The notes under the pieces were generated by a model, which was given only the letters and a program-made list of their open reading frames with translations, was not told the origin of the DNA and ran no database searches. A stretch of 63,981 bases of DNA, counting the filler, from Octopus bimaculoides (taxonomy: Eukaryota), in the NCBI RefSeq assembly GCF_001194135.2. It is 8 parts of 7 records of this genome, joined end to end, with 100 filler letters (N's around TTAATTAATTAA, not from the genome) between each part and the next. Parts side by side here need not be neighbours in the genome. Positions count along the whole stretch, not along the records: positions 28,785 to 50,695 come from NC_068982.1; 7 more parts are not named here. One strand, written 5' to 3'. This document shows, piece by piece, positions 37,236 to 50,489 of this stretch (position 1 is the stretch's first letter; each line of letters begins with the position of its first letter). The translations under genes and the position numbers were made by a program.

Positions 37236-37640
37236 ATCATCACCACCACCACCACTTGGAGTCTGTTTTTCCATGCTGGCATCGTTTCAGGTCGATGGGT
37301 TGGGTACCAGCTGTGTACTAGGGTCGATCTAGTCGACTGGTCTCCTCACCAAAAATGTCGGGTTTTGTGCCTTTTACATCCACCACCACCACTTGGGGTC
37401 CGTTTTTCCATGATGGCATGGGTTAGATGGCTTGACTGGGACTAGTAAGCTGGAAAGCTGTATGAAGTTCCTGTCTGATTTGGCTAGGTTTCTACAGCTG
37501 GATGTCCTTCATAATGCCAACCATGTCACCAGCATGGGTGCCTTTTATGTGTCACTGGTACAAGTGCTTTTTATGTGTTATTGGCAAAGGTGCCTTTTAC
37601 ATGTCACCAGCACTGGCCACAACTATGATTGCACTACGCT
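37236..37640 (-). mobile_element. Two family C tail pieces flanking a SINE B 3' fragment
   Basis: caccaccaccacttgg..tc.gtttttccatg.tggcat at about 37243 and 37381, with gggtcgatctagtcgactgg between. Confidence 0.7.
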
Positions 37641-38149
37641 TGACATGTCTTCACAGAGAATTGAGAAAAGATGAGCAGGATACAGATAGTGGAGAAAAAG
37701 AGAAGGGAGATATTCAATATGCACAAATTGATTAAACTTTCTCTTTATATGTTTATCATATGAACTTTTTTATTGTGAGACATTCTTGCAGACAATCCCC
37801 ATGTTTGTAGCTCTGTCCATTATTCTGACAACGAATGAAAAATTTATCTTCTATAAGAACTAAAACACTTTTTAAGCAATATGGTTTATCTGAACTATTA
37901 ACTACACATTCGTGGTTTTCAGATTATATCTGATATTTAAAAAGCTGTATCTTAAAATTTTTACATTATCTTTACTAACAACTGTTTTCCTATACAACAG
38001 TGCTTAGTCTCTCAAATTTGAAGGAGGAAAGATAAAATGCATAGAACAAAGAACTTTGTCAATGGTCATTGCACTGTGTCGTAGTAGTTTATGACCTTAG
38101 TCTGGCTATTTTGCACGTAATAACACAAATGTGTATGACATAATACACA

Positions 38150-38184
<35 letters not shown>

Positions 38185-41100
38185 AAAATGTGAAGTTTCT
38201 TTCTCTGCACCAATAGCTGTTTTCTCTAGAGGATTATATAGCTATGTTGTCTTCTTATTTAATCTTAGTTTTTCTGTAAAAGCTGCTAATGTATTACTTC
38301 AGTTGTGATAACATAGCAGACAATAGAATACAGTAATCTACAATTCATTTGCAAAAGAGCTTTACACAGACCATTATGAATAAAACATATGAATTCCAGC
38401 AAGTGAGGCACTCATCAGTAGCTCCTATTTATTCAGTTCTATTTTAAACCACTAAACTTTCATCACAGTCACATCATGTAAGAAACATTTCAAATGTATA
38501 TGGTTTGTCAACAATTTTGGATAAGATAATGACAAAATGAAAATCTAGCAGCTTACTGGTGAAAGCTTTGAAAGGAAATGTGCAGAAATATATTTTATAT
38601 GGTGTTTCCTTGTAAATTATATTTTGGAAGTTAACTGTATTTGAAAATAACAAGAAGAAAGAAATATAAGAGTTAATTTTAGTAAGGATATGTTAATCTA
38701 AATGACTGTATTTTATTTAATATATTATACAGTACGTTGGTGAGCATGTTTCTTTTCTCTTTGAAAGACCTGTAAAATATAAAAATTTGCATTTCTACTT
38801 GTCAAAGTTATTATAATAGTTCAATGTCCTTTACAACACCAAATACATGACATAATATGTCAATTTTATTCATTCACCTGTTAGGCAAATAGTTTTACTG
38901 TGTCTACATCCCAGCATCATTTATTTTGCATTATAACTCTAACAGCATAAAACAAACCTGAATTATTTATTGTTTAAAATCTGTCCACTCACAAACATGG
39001 TCAGATTACTAAACATTAATGTAAGATTCAATAGGCTACATCTATATTCTCTTTCCTATCATATTGTTAGTATATTACTTTCATGTCAGCAAACACAAAT
39101 GGCATTTTGAAATGAACAAGGCTGTTTTTAGAATAATATGGTCTTTACAAACTATTAACCTAAAATTTTAGTGTATTTGAAATGGCATGTGGTCTAGAAG
39201 GATGTATGTTAAACCTTTATATTCTTTTAAGCACCAACTACTATTATACATTCTTTCTCTGTACCTATTGCAATTATATGTCTTTGTCATTTTAACTTTT
39301 CTAAGAAGCAAATATATTATTTCTGTTGTAATTTCAGATAATAAAAAATAAACACACACACACACATCAAAGCTAACTGACTCAGCTAAGAATCTTTTTG
39401 ACAAGATGTCTTATCATATATATTGTTAGAGTTTCTACCCAATTAACTATAGTGCTATGCAATGACATCTAGTCTTTACAGTAACAGTCTACTAGACATA
39501 GCTTCTAATCAAATACACACTTATACAGGCGAGTGATACCAGAAAAGCCTTCTAGAAATAATAGTCAAGCCTCCTTCAATTTACACCCTATTTTCATTTT
39601 AAAAGATTTAGGATACATTGGACAATGTCTTAGATATATTTAAAAATTGTTTTAGAAAATCTGTACAATGCAAATTGAAAATAAAAGAGAAAAAGCAGAA
39701 AGAAAATAAAAGCTTATACTTTAACCATTTATTTCAATATTTCTGAGTTAAAATCCCATTATCAAGAGAAAATGGAGAGTGATGACAAGCTGGTGTATTT
39801 TGCACAGATATTTAAGTTTAGAGAAATCCCAAAAGTGCAGAGATTGGTGCTGTTAGAAGAGACAAGCAGTTTTAATCAGTTTACCTTTGTTTTTAACAGA
39901 CAGGTTTAGTTTATAGTGTTTTTAATAGTGAATGTGATGCTTTGATATCTTTTCATGGAAGAAATATTTGTCTGAAAGTATTCTCTAATGCTAATGTGCA
40001 TTTATGGACAATGCTTCCTGTGTAAGACATATCATATTTACTGCAAACCATGTGGTAGATTGTATAGACCCTCAAACACACATCCACACTGTTAATATGG
40101 TAGTTGGTTTGTGTAGATCAATATCCAAACAGGAATTTTCTTATGGATTACCGAAAGGATTGCAGCCGTGATTCAATTGTTAAAATGTGTCAGTTTTTGA
40201 AAGTATATGTTATTTCTGCTTATATAAAACTTCATGGGTTTATTAGTATACTGACATCTGCAAAGGATGGAGAGGTAGTCGTTGTTCATTAGAACTCTTT
40301 GGAACTGCTTAGTGTAGGGAATGTTATTGCCTACCTCTTGGCATTTGTTAAATATCTGAGAGACTTTTATTTGTATGTATGAAGACTTGGATGTGGTTGT
40401 CAGAGTTGATATATACTGCACAATCAGCCTAACATTTCTCTTGAGAAGTTGATTTTTGAGTTTGAAATATTGAAACATATGATAAAAGTATAAACTGCAG
40501 TGCTGCATCTGTTTACACTTCTTTATTTCCAACTTGTACTGTTCTGGCTTTCTTAAACAATTTTAATTCTGTTGCACAGTGTTTCATATAAACTATACCA
40601 TTCTTACATGCACTGTTTGAATAAAAGACTGAAGGTCAGGATGGTCATAGTTGAAATACCTTTGATCATAGACTTGTTAATTATCATTGAACTAAGATGG
40701 CAAAGCATACTCTAAATTCAAGCCTGCAGATTTAAGTATAATACAATATTTTCTGTCAGAACTACACATCTTGATGAAAGAGAGACCTTACAATGGAAAT
40801 TTAATCTAACTGCACTCAACAATGGTAAAATGCAAAGACTGGATTCCTTAAAAATATGTCCACAACATTATCCATTATTACTTATAATTTATATACATTC
40901 GAAACAATACACATTCATCACACAACAAAGAAAATAAGTTTTCTTTGCCAGTCATAGAAATCCATAAATTTTGAAGGGCTTCTTGTAATTAGCAAGATGG
41001 TAATTTGTTCTCTACCACAATACTGATTAAGCAGCTCCTATAGCACACTCACTGTAGTTCATTATTTCTTTTGAATTATTGCAATTCTAGATATGGTGTA

Positions 41101-41479
41101 GAAATGTCACAAGTAATTGAATAATCTTTTGTCATTTTTTATGTCTCTTTCATTAAGCTCATATTCATACAGATTCTAATATGCATCCAAGAAGGGGAAA
41201 AATGTTACATAAATCCACACATGCTAACACATCCAGTTGTTCTTAACACTATAGGCTTGCCAACTCAATACCAGTGTACTACCTAAATCCACTTGATATA
41301 TCTACTATTTTAACATCTGCCAAAGCCATTGTCTTATCCAACTACAAGCTCTGTAATAAATACAATACCAAATATTCCCCAATCAGAAATTGTATCCTTT
41401 TGGAACCCCTCCCCATACTTGTATTTCATCCTCAACTACAAATGTATATTCTTTGAATGAACATCTGTTATTCTAGCTT

Positions 41480-41700
41480 TAAAAGCAATGGGTGGCAGAA
41501 CCATTAGCACAGCAAACAAAAATACTTAGCAGTACATCTTTTAGCTTTACATTCTGAGTTCAAATTTCACCAGGGTCAATTTTGCCTTTCATCTTTTCAG
41601 GGTTGATTAAATAAAGTATCAGTTGAGTACTGAGATTGATGTAACTGACAAGTCCCTTATCCCTAAAATTGCTGGCTTTGAACCAAAATTTGAAACAGCT
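41480..41700 (+). mobile_element. SINE family B
   Basis: tggcagaaccattagcac...ctgagttcaaatttcaccagggtcaattttgcctttcatc. Confidence 0.85.
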
Positions 41701-42284
41701 CTAAATTCCTTCAGAATAGAGTATTTAGAAAGCTATACATAAATCTCTCCTTCTAAATCAATGAATTATAAAACCTAATAATCTTGGTGGTCATGAATTA
41801 AACACTGCTCGTTTTATATAAATACATAAAAGGGACTTTAAGACACCAGTGTGTCAACCTCGCAGTGTCTCTTTAGTTAAAGTTAATCCTAGATCAATGA
41901 AACTAAACAGGAACGGTGGTTAATGACTTGAAGGGACACGTTATTCCGATATGCAACCATAATATACTACAAGGTATATTAAACATTTTATAAATCAATA
42001 CTCTGTTTTACTGTGTTAGTAGTACTATTGAGTCACTTGTTAAGGTTTACTCTAAAGACTTTCTATAGATATTATAACCAGCACTGATTTGTTGTGATGT
42101 TTTGTATCCAAGTGCACCTAATGTAAACAACATCGAAATCAAAGAGGAAATATGGGTAATGGGTGTATATGCCATATTTCAGGAGTTCTTGCTCTTTCAT
42201 CAGCATTATATCCTCGAACTCATTGCTTAAATAGCCACTAAATATAGCAGTGTAACCTTATTTGATAAACTCCAGTTGATAAAC

Positions 42285-42440
42285 TTCAGCACAGTTTTCA
42301 TGGACTCAGTTTTCCCCACAATATTAAGGTGGATTCAATGCTATGGCAAAAGACACTCCCCCAAGGTGCAACACAGCAAGATTGAATCTGCGACCTTGTG
42401 TTCGCCAAGTCAAGCCTCTTTACCGCATAGCCACATCTGC
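42285..42440 (-). mobile_element. SINE family A, 5' half, diverged
   Basis: aagacactcccccaaggtgcaacacagc...accgcatagccacatctgc. Confidence 0.65.
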
Positions 42441-43559
42441 ATCTGCAATATACATTGAAAATATTTTTGCCACTATGCAGAAGCTTTCATAAAGTTTGCT
42501 AACACTATTCCTACTGATCAACTGTAAAGGTAGAATTTTATAGGTATTTCACAAGAGCAATTACTAGAATTCATTGAGAGCATTAGAACAGCTCTCAAAT
42601 ATCTAAATGCCTTCTTTTTTCTTTTTCATTTTTTTTTTCTTTTTTTGGCCAGATATAATTCATTGAATGAAAAGTTACAAAAATGCCTGTGATATAAATA
42701 AACAGGAAGTTTGTTCAGACCTAAAGTAGCATCTACTATGATTTATTTAATTGCTTTTGCAGTATTTTTCTTTGAGGAAGTCTTATATATGAGATCTGCT
42801 CAATTCCCTTTAGTGTTATGGTTGATAGCAAATAGTCTCCACTTCTATAAAAAAAAAAAAGAAAGCAATAATTTCGTTTTAGGAAATCTATATGAGAGAT
42901 CATTTATTCTCCTTAAGTCTCATACTTATTAGAAATAAGTATTTACTTTCAAAAGTGAACCTTTTGGTAAAAGAGAGACATTTCAAATGCTTTGCATATT
43001 TTAGCCAACCATTTTATTAGTTTATATATATATATATATATATATATTCTGCAAAAGGTATATTATTGTTGTCAACATTTTGAAATAGACATATATATAA
43101 TATTGGATTGGATTTTTAGAATTTTGTTCACACATTTCTAAAAGTTTGCAATGTTAGTATTTCCCCTTTGGACTACAGATTATATAGTGTAGTAAACACT
43201 TCTTGCAAGAGTTAGCTTGCAAACTAGTTTTAATTCCCTGTTGAAATAATGTCATTTACATGCCTTTATGAACATCACAAAGTTCCCATTTCTTCTTCAT
43301 TCAATATTCCAAATTCATGTTTTCTTCTGTAGCTTCTTCAATGAAATATCTTTTTTCTTTTACGCATGAAAATGTATTTTCAGTAAGGTTTACACTTGAG
43401 TACTAGCCAAAAAAATCTTACTGCAGCCATTTATTTTACTTCTAGATAAAACCTGATTATGAGCTTAAAGAGGGAGATTTGACTGCTAGAAACTGCAGTG
43501 AAATCTTCCTTGTGTCACTCACCCATCAATGAAAAGAAAGGATATTCTTTCTATTTTGG

Positions 43560-43755
43560 CAGAAGGCCAGCTACTTTGAGATGAGCCAAAGTTGATTACA
43601 TCGACACCAGTATTAAACTGGTACTTATTTTATGAAACCAGAAAGATAAAAGGTAAAGTCAAACTTGACAGAATTTGAACTTAAAATGTAAAGCCATAAG
43701 AAATATTGCTAAGCATTTTGTCCAGTCTGTTAATGATTCTGCCAGCTTGCTGTCC
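43560..43755 (-). mobile_element. SINE family B
   Basis: gaaggccagc...ctggtacttattttat...gaatttgaac...gattctgccagcttgc. Confidence 0.8.
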
Positions 43756-44012
43756 TAAAGGAAGGGTACAGTGTTCTATAAACACTGACTGAAGAAAAAA
43801 TTAAATGGTCAAGCCTGGAATGTCTTTGATAATGTGTCCTCCTGTATCTGCATTGACCTAAGATTAAACAACAATAGCATAATTCTACTTGCAGACACAT
43901 TTTGTGGCTATAAAATAGCTGCAATTCTCATTTGAATGTTGAGCAACTAACAATGAGAATGGCTTCTAACTGTAAAATACCCTGCTTCAGTAATATGTTT
44001 ATTTGCATATGA

Positions 44013-44049
<37 letters not shown>

Positions 44050-44254
44050 ATAGCAACCAATTCATGCTAAGATAAAAAAGTGGGTTTGAAGCAAAGAAAA
44101 TACAAAAAACAAACAAACCAAAAAACAAAAATACACATTACATGGAGAATAAAATTAATTATTAATTGAATTATTGATTAACAAATTCCTCCAGTTGTTT
44201 CTCACAGAATACAATTAACTCTTCTGGCTTGAACAATGCTATTAATTTTATCAG

Positions 44255-44515
44255 ATGTATGGTAAGAAGTTTCCTTTCCAACCACATAGTTCTGGGTTCA
44301 GTCCAACTGCATGGCGCCTTGGGTTAGTGTTTTCTACTATAGAACTGGGTGAACCAAAACTTTGTGTGTGTGTGTGCAAGTGTATGTGTGCGTGTGCAAG
44401 GATGTGTGTGTGTGTGCAAGCGTGTGTGTGTGTGTGCAAGCGTGTGTGTGTGTGTGTGTGTGTGGGAAGGGCTTCATTCAGTTTCCATCTACCACATCCA
44501 TTCTCACACCCACAC
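44255..44515 (+). mobile_element. SINE family A with an internal inversion
   Basis: Head on +, central ggaaactga block on - (gggcttcattcagtttccatctacc). Confidence 0.75.
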
Positions 44516-44752
44516 ACATAAGAAGTGAACACAAATGATGCTTAAATTTGATGACAGCAGTGGCATTTTATTTATTTAATGCAGTCATAAAAAACTATAT
44601 CGTAATATATTATCTGCCATTACCAGATAAAATTTTAAGCATCGACAAAGACAGCCAACATAAGCCAGACTAGACATGTATATATACACACACACAAAAG
44701 TATAGATTAATCTTTCATTTTACTGGAAAATTGTTATAAAAACAAACATATA

Positions 44753-45105
44753 TACAGAGTGCGTAAGATGTTTGAGGAAATACCATTTTTGGGTCATTGC
44801 TGCATTTTTTTTGTTAGCACTGTATAATCTTTGTTTCAGGAAATAATAATGGCAGATCCTCAGCTTACTCAAAAAATGAAGAGACGTGCTGTTATTGTGG
44901 TTACAAAGGTTTAGCATAAAGATTTAGAAATATCTCAATTCTTAAAGGTTGCCAGATCTTTTGTCTACAAAGTTTGTAAGGAGTTAGAGACTGGAGATGG
45001 AAATCTAACACCAGTATCAAAGCATAAAAGCATTCTAAATGCTCTGAAATTATCAGAACCCTTGAATTTATCCAGCAAGTTCAACAGACTATTAACTGCA
45101 ATCGT
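44753..45105 (+). pseudogene. Tc1/mariner-superfamily (maT/DD37D-like) transposase N-terminal remnant
   Basis: From ATG 44849: MADPQLTQKMKRRAVIVVTKV*HKDLEISQFLKVARSFVYKVCKEL...IRTLEFIQQVQQTI, an HTH region with a stop and frameshift. TA-cagagtg TIR-like start at 44753. Confidence 0.65.
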
Positions 45106-45829
45106 GCTTATATGTTTAATCTAGGTATACCTGCTGATGAAGACTTCGCCTAGCAAATTATTTCATTTGGTAACAAAAGTTTGAAACCATAGTCCAGGAG
45201 ATAGATGGTAAATGTTTTTATTTTTCATTCCCTTTGAAATTTACGACTAATAGTGGTTTGGATTTTAACTGTTCCTTCTAGCATGCAGGGAATCCTATGA
45301 TGGATACCTCTTATTTGTTTAAATGTACACTGCATATATGCACATACCTGTGTATATAGACGTGTTTGTTCGTGCATGCGAGTATGTGCTTATATAGACG
45401 TGTTTTACTCTTATTGCTTATTTTTTACACATTTTTCTGTATTTTGCCTTTAGTCCTGTTTTTTTCTTGTGCATGTGCATATATAGATGTGTGTATGAAC
45501 CTTTTTTTTGTGTGTGTGTATGTGTGCGAGCTTGTATGTGGGTATGTATACATTTTTTGGCGAATGTGTGGGTGAGCATGTGTGTGTTACAAGTGAGGGT
45601 GGATGAGTATATACATATAGGCACATCTACGTGGGTGTGCGGGTGCACATGTCTATGTATGGACATGTGTATTTACGCAATTACTATGAAATTTTTACTC
45701 CCTAATCGTTACTCCTCCTTACTTAGCGGTCATTATAATAGCTCTTTTGTCTTAATAACGGTCAATCACACAGCAATTTCCCTTTGTTTTAATGGTCATT
45801 TTCATAGCATATTTTTCGACTCTCTTTCT

Positions 45830-46300
45830 CCCATTCATTCTCTTTATTTAGCAACCTTTCATAGTGGGGTCTCCAAACCTCTCTCTTTGCAGCCTCATTT
45901 AATGCAAGTGAACCATCATCCATGCAGACATATTTCTCTCCTACAAAATCACGATTCTCTCTCACACACTGTCTTGCAACACGAAATACTTCAAGTCTTT
46001 GGTCCTCACAGAGCAGAATATTGGCAATTTTTTTCTTATCTGCTTCCCCTCTGGCTAAATAAACCTGTATCCTAGCTTCCCTTCTCACAGTCTGATACAG
46101 TTCCCTGCTACCACCGTTCTTCCAGTCCTACCAAGCCTGTTTCTTTTTCCTAATGGCCCTATCAACAACATTGTTTCACCACCACATTACCTTGGATTGA
46201 GAGGGGACTTTGCACCATCCACAGGTCTGATCAGTGGCCCTCAGCAGGTTGTTCCGTTGAAACGTCCAGTTGTCTTCCACATCATGTGATGCTATATCAC
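45830..46300 (-). mobile_element. RTE LINE endonuclease-RT linker fragment
   Basis: DVEDNWTF...WW*NNVVDRAIRKKKQAW*DWK...RREARIQVYLARGEA...EVWRPHYERLLNKENEW, with in-frame stops. Confidence 0.85.
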
Positions 46301-46370
46301 CCTCTATTTCGTCAAAAGCTTCAAGTAATACTCTCTAAATCTCTGTCCATTCACAGTATCTTTAAGCTAC

Positions 46371-46458
<88 letters not shown>

Positions 46459-46469
46459 ATATATACTAC

Positions 46470-46625
46470 AGGGTTCTTTCAGTTTCTATCTACCAAATCT
46501 ACTCACAAGGCTTTGGTTAGCCCAAGGCTATAGTAGAAACACTTGCATAAGGTGCCATGCAGTGCAACTGAACTCAAAACCATTTGGTTGGGAAGTAAAT
46601 TTCTTACCACACAGCCATATCTGCA
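46470..46625 (-). mobile_element. SINE family A, 5' half
   Basis: tctttcagtttctatctaccaaatctactcacaaggctttgg. Confidence 0.85.
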
Positions 46626-47985
46626 CTCATTATTTATTTATTTATTTATTCATTCATTCATTTAGTTACCATTTCCATTTTAGTCATTATTATCAGTAAT
46701 GATAATAGGAAATAAATGCAGTGAAATTCACTTTGAACTATTGCCAATTAGCAGCAGAAAATAAAATTTTAAAAAACGGCCAAAATGAGAGAGTTCTAGA
46801 CAAATACATGCTGTTGTGGGAAATATTTTAATTTTTATGTAAGGTGACGCTGATACAGATGACGTTTTGAAGAGCTTAGCATTCTTGGAATAAAGAATTC
46901 CACAGAAATTTAAAACAACGGCAACAGAACAATAAGAAGGAGGTTATATTAAATAGAATATTAGTTGATTGTTTTCTGCTTGGATACAAGAAAGATGAAA
47001 CAGTTGATGTACAAAGCTGGGTACTCCTCTCCCTTTTTATTGGCAGTGTATAGATTTTTATTGGTTTAACTTTACAGATTGTACCAAGAGAATCCAAATG
47101 TCATCTTGGAAAGAATAGAGTTACAAGATAGGGCAAGCCATATTAACATTGTTATTGAAACCTCCTTAGAAACAAAACAGCTTCAATTTCTTTTATGACA
47201 ATGATATTATCGAATAAAAGGAGTAAAGTTTAGAAGTATCATGTGAAGGACAATAAAGATGCAAGAAAATCAAAATAAATCTGAATAATAAACATTCTGA
47301 ATTCCTCTTCTTTTCTTTCTTTCTTTCTTTCTCTCCCCCTTCTATTTCTTCCTCGCTTATGAGTATTCTATTTTTCCTTTCTAATTGAATCACATCATAG
47401 AAACGTAAACTATTCCTTTCAAAAATCACATCAAGGCATTTGTCATTTGTTCTTTCTTTTGATAAATTATTCAAAGGAAAATTTCCCTCCAAAAGTTACA
47501 GAGAAATAAACTGTACATGCACACATACATGAGTGCATATATAGATTTATACACACACATACACTATATGCACACACAAACATGCGCACACACACACACA
47601 CACACAAACATGCACACACACACACACACACATGCATATATGTAATTCTAAAAGTGATTTATAAGGAAAAATTAAGATATAATTTATTATTTGCAGTAAA
47701 GACTCAGTTATCTTAAGATTTGTTTTCTGTAATGATATCTGTAATGAATGTTTCCTTTTTTTTTTCTCTAGTCACTCTAGTAATGTAATTCATTGGAACA
47801 ATAAGCTGATTTAACCCTATATTTCTATTATTGAGTTAAGATCTTATAAATCAAACATAACATGTGAGAAAAAATAAATGAAGATTGTTTAATTCTAGAT
47901 CTCTATTAATTGCTAGTTTATTGAGAAACATATTATTGAGCACCCTTTTCTGTATTGTATTATCAAAAGCATGGGAAGAAAGATA

Positions 47986-48135
47986 GCTTTTGGCAGTCTT
48001 GCTGTTGACAGCAAAAGCCATGCCTGTGTCTCTTCTTCCCTCAATTTTTCCAATGTAGAAGAAGGTGCAACCCTCCTCTAGCAAGTGGCCTTGCCCTTCG
48101 GTCCTGGTCTCTTGGAGTGCAGCAATGTTTACACC
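47986..48135 (-). mobile_element. RTE LINE APE-endonuclease fragment
   Basis: VNIAALQETRTEGQGHLLEEGCTFFYIGKIEGRRDTGMAFAVNSK, matching the IAAL.ETR and GVGFAV motifs. Confidence 0.85.
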
Positions 48136-48871
48136 ATATCAGTGCAATTTCTTGTGTCATGTTACAAAAAGTGCAAGACATATTACTGTATATTTAAGTA
48201 AGAGCTGGTTTAGAAGTTAAAGTGCTTGAAATACATATTCAAAGAGCATATTCATTATAAAGTGAGCTTCAACAAGGCCAGTAATGTGGCTTTCCCGAGA
48301 GTGCCTGACTGAAGGAAGTAAAAAATAAGCTTCATTCCACCAGCAGAGTTGTTTATAAATCGTATTATTACAACAATGTTGCTTGTTACTTCTGAAAGTA
48401 TTGATAAACTTTGGATATGCACCATACATGGTCCCTCGTTTTGTAAATAATAATATAGATTAGTTCATTGGAAACCGTGCTTGTTGCTTGTTTGATTTGT
48501 ATTGATGATTTCTGTTGATTAACTAAATCCTCCCTTCCATGGTGTGTAAATAACAATCCTTTTTTTAAGTAGCTTCAAATCTGGTTACCCCTTAAAAAAA
48601 TTAGTAAATTAGTGATTTCCATTGCTGTAACCTAAAAAATATATATGTGAGTGTGTGTGTGTATATATATATATGCAATGTCCTGTACACAGATATGCAC
48701 CTATATATACAGGTAGACGTAGGTATGCACATACCTGTACGTATATATGCATATACTCATTTATTATTTGTTTTACATGATCGAACGCCTGCGTCATTCC
48801 TGTTGTAAGTAGTCTTTTCAACTTTATATTTTCTGACGTGACTCTATCTCTTTCTCTTTCACTTTTCCCCC

Positions 48872-49000
48872 CTCGTTCTTCCTCTGTGACTACTACGTAT
48901 CTCTCTTTACCCCTCTCGTTCTTCCTTCTGTTGCTACTATATCTCTCTCTTTCCCCTCTCGTTCTTCCTTCTGTTACTACTATATTTCTCTCTTCCTCTC
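48872..49000. repeat. Three tandem 43-bp pyrimidine-rich units
   Basis: ctcgttcttcc(t)tctgt..ctacta..tatctctct at 48872, 48915 and 48958. Confidence 0.85.
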
Positions 49001-49080
49001 TTTCTCGCGTTGCTCACCTATTCTTCTACTTCCTCCCCTTGTTTCTCCCTCTACCACTCTTTCTCTCTCTTCCTTACCCC

Positions 49081-49230
49081 TCCCTGGTCACGTGCTTCCG
49101 GTCACTAATCCTTTTCTTCCTTGGCTATCGCCGAGCAAACACGCGAACTTACTTCGTCCCGTCTTTTTCAGTTCGTGCCTCACAGCATTCATATACACAT
49201 AATTTTTCACGTCTGGCCGCATAGCCTTTT
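49081..49230. promoter_or_regulatory. CpG-rich promoter-like segment with adjacent E-box and ETS motifs and a consensus minus-strand donor
   Basis: 11 CpG in about 145 nt. GTCACGTG 49087-49094 abuts CTTCCGG 49095-49101. Minus strand GAA/gtaagt with exon end at 49153. Confidence 0.5.
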
Positions 49231-50448
49231 CCGTTTGTCTTCCTGTCTTGTTTTCTGTTCCGTTTGTTTTCCTGTCTTGTTTTTTGTCTGCCACTACATT
49301 CCTCCATGGCACAGGTTTAATTTGTGTATACAAATTTAATTTGCGGTCCATGGGAAGAGCCATTTTAACGATGCGTNNNNNNNNNNNNNNNNNNNNNNNN
49401 NNNNNNNNNNNNNNNNNNNNNNNNNNNNNNNNNNNNNNNNNNNNNNNNNNNNNNNNNNNNNNNNNNNNNNNNNNNNNNNNNNNNNNNNNNNNNNNNNNNN
49501 NATATATATGGGGAATTCTGGTTATTGCATTTACAGTCTTAAGTCCATATTAGCAATAATTATGGAATTCTCTCTGTAATAGATTGACTAAAGAAAGGGA
49601 GAAATTTTCATTAGGTTTCTATTCATATCTACTACAGAATTATCCCTCCGAGAAAACAATAAATATAGAAGATTATTATTAGTTAATTTAAACAATTTTT
49701 TAATACTAACTAATTTAAATAGATAAAAGAGTTGTATTGAAGATGTAATTGTTTATATATTTTTTTGTCGCTGTTACACATAGGAGAAGACTTAGATAAT
49801 TATATACATTTATTGCACACATATATTATTATTGTATGTTGTGATGACAAGAGACTAACTTGGACATCAAAGCATTTCAATTGGTATGTGTTTGAGATAT
49901 AATGAAGTGAATTTCGATGGTTGTAAATTGCACTTACTTGATAGTATCATCCTTTAAAGTGTTTTTGTTGTTTTTTAATTGTAATTGACGTAAGATTGAA
50001 TAATTAACACTCACACTCATAACACATACATTTGAATTAATTTTGCAATTCAGCCGTCCTTTCACATGGAATTTCGTCTTTGTGAACCAAGAACCCTGAA
50101 GTGACTATATATATAATGGAACTGTGATTATATATATATATCAGAAAAAATATATGTAAGTTGAAACAATTTGTTGACGTTTTATGGTTTTCATGATTAT
50201 TTATATAATATTATGTTATATATTATATTCATTATTTATATAATATTATATGTTATATATTATATTCATAGTATTTAACATAATATTGTAATGTAAATAT
50301 ATTATTGGATTGTCAATAGTATCTCTCTATTTAATTTATCTTTATAATTGCATTATACCAATATTTATATGGCATTCAACTGATGTACCAGTGAACTGGA
50401 TGTTTAACACACCCCTTTGAAGGATTTCTTTTCCTCAGTTTCTTACTT

Positions 50449-50486
<38 letters not shown>

Positions 50487-50489
<3 letters not shown>

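Noticed and set aside
45467-46075. 202-aa plus-strand ORF
   Set aside because: A TG-rich microsatellite fused to the antisense strand of an RTE fragment
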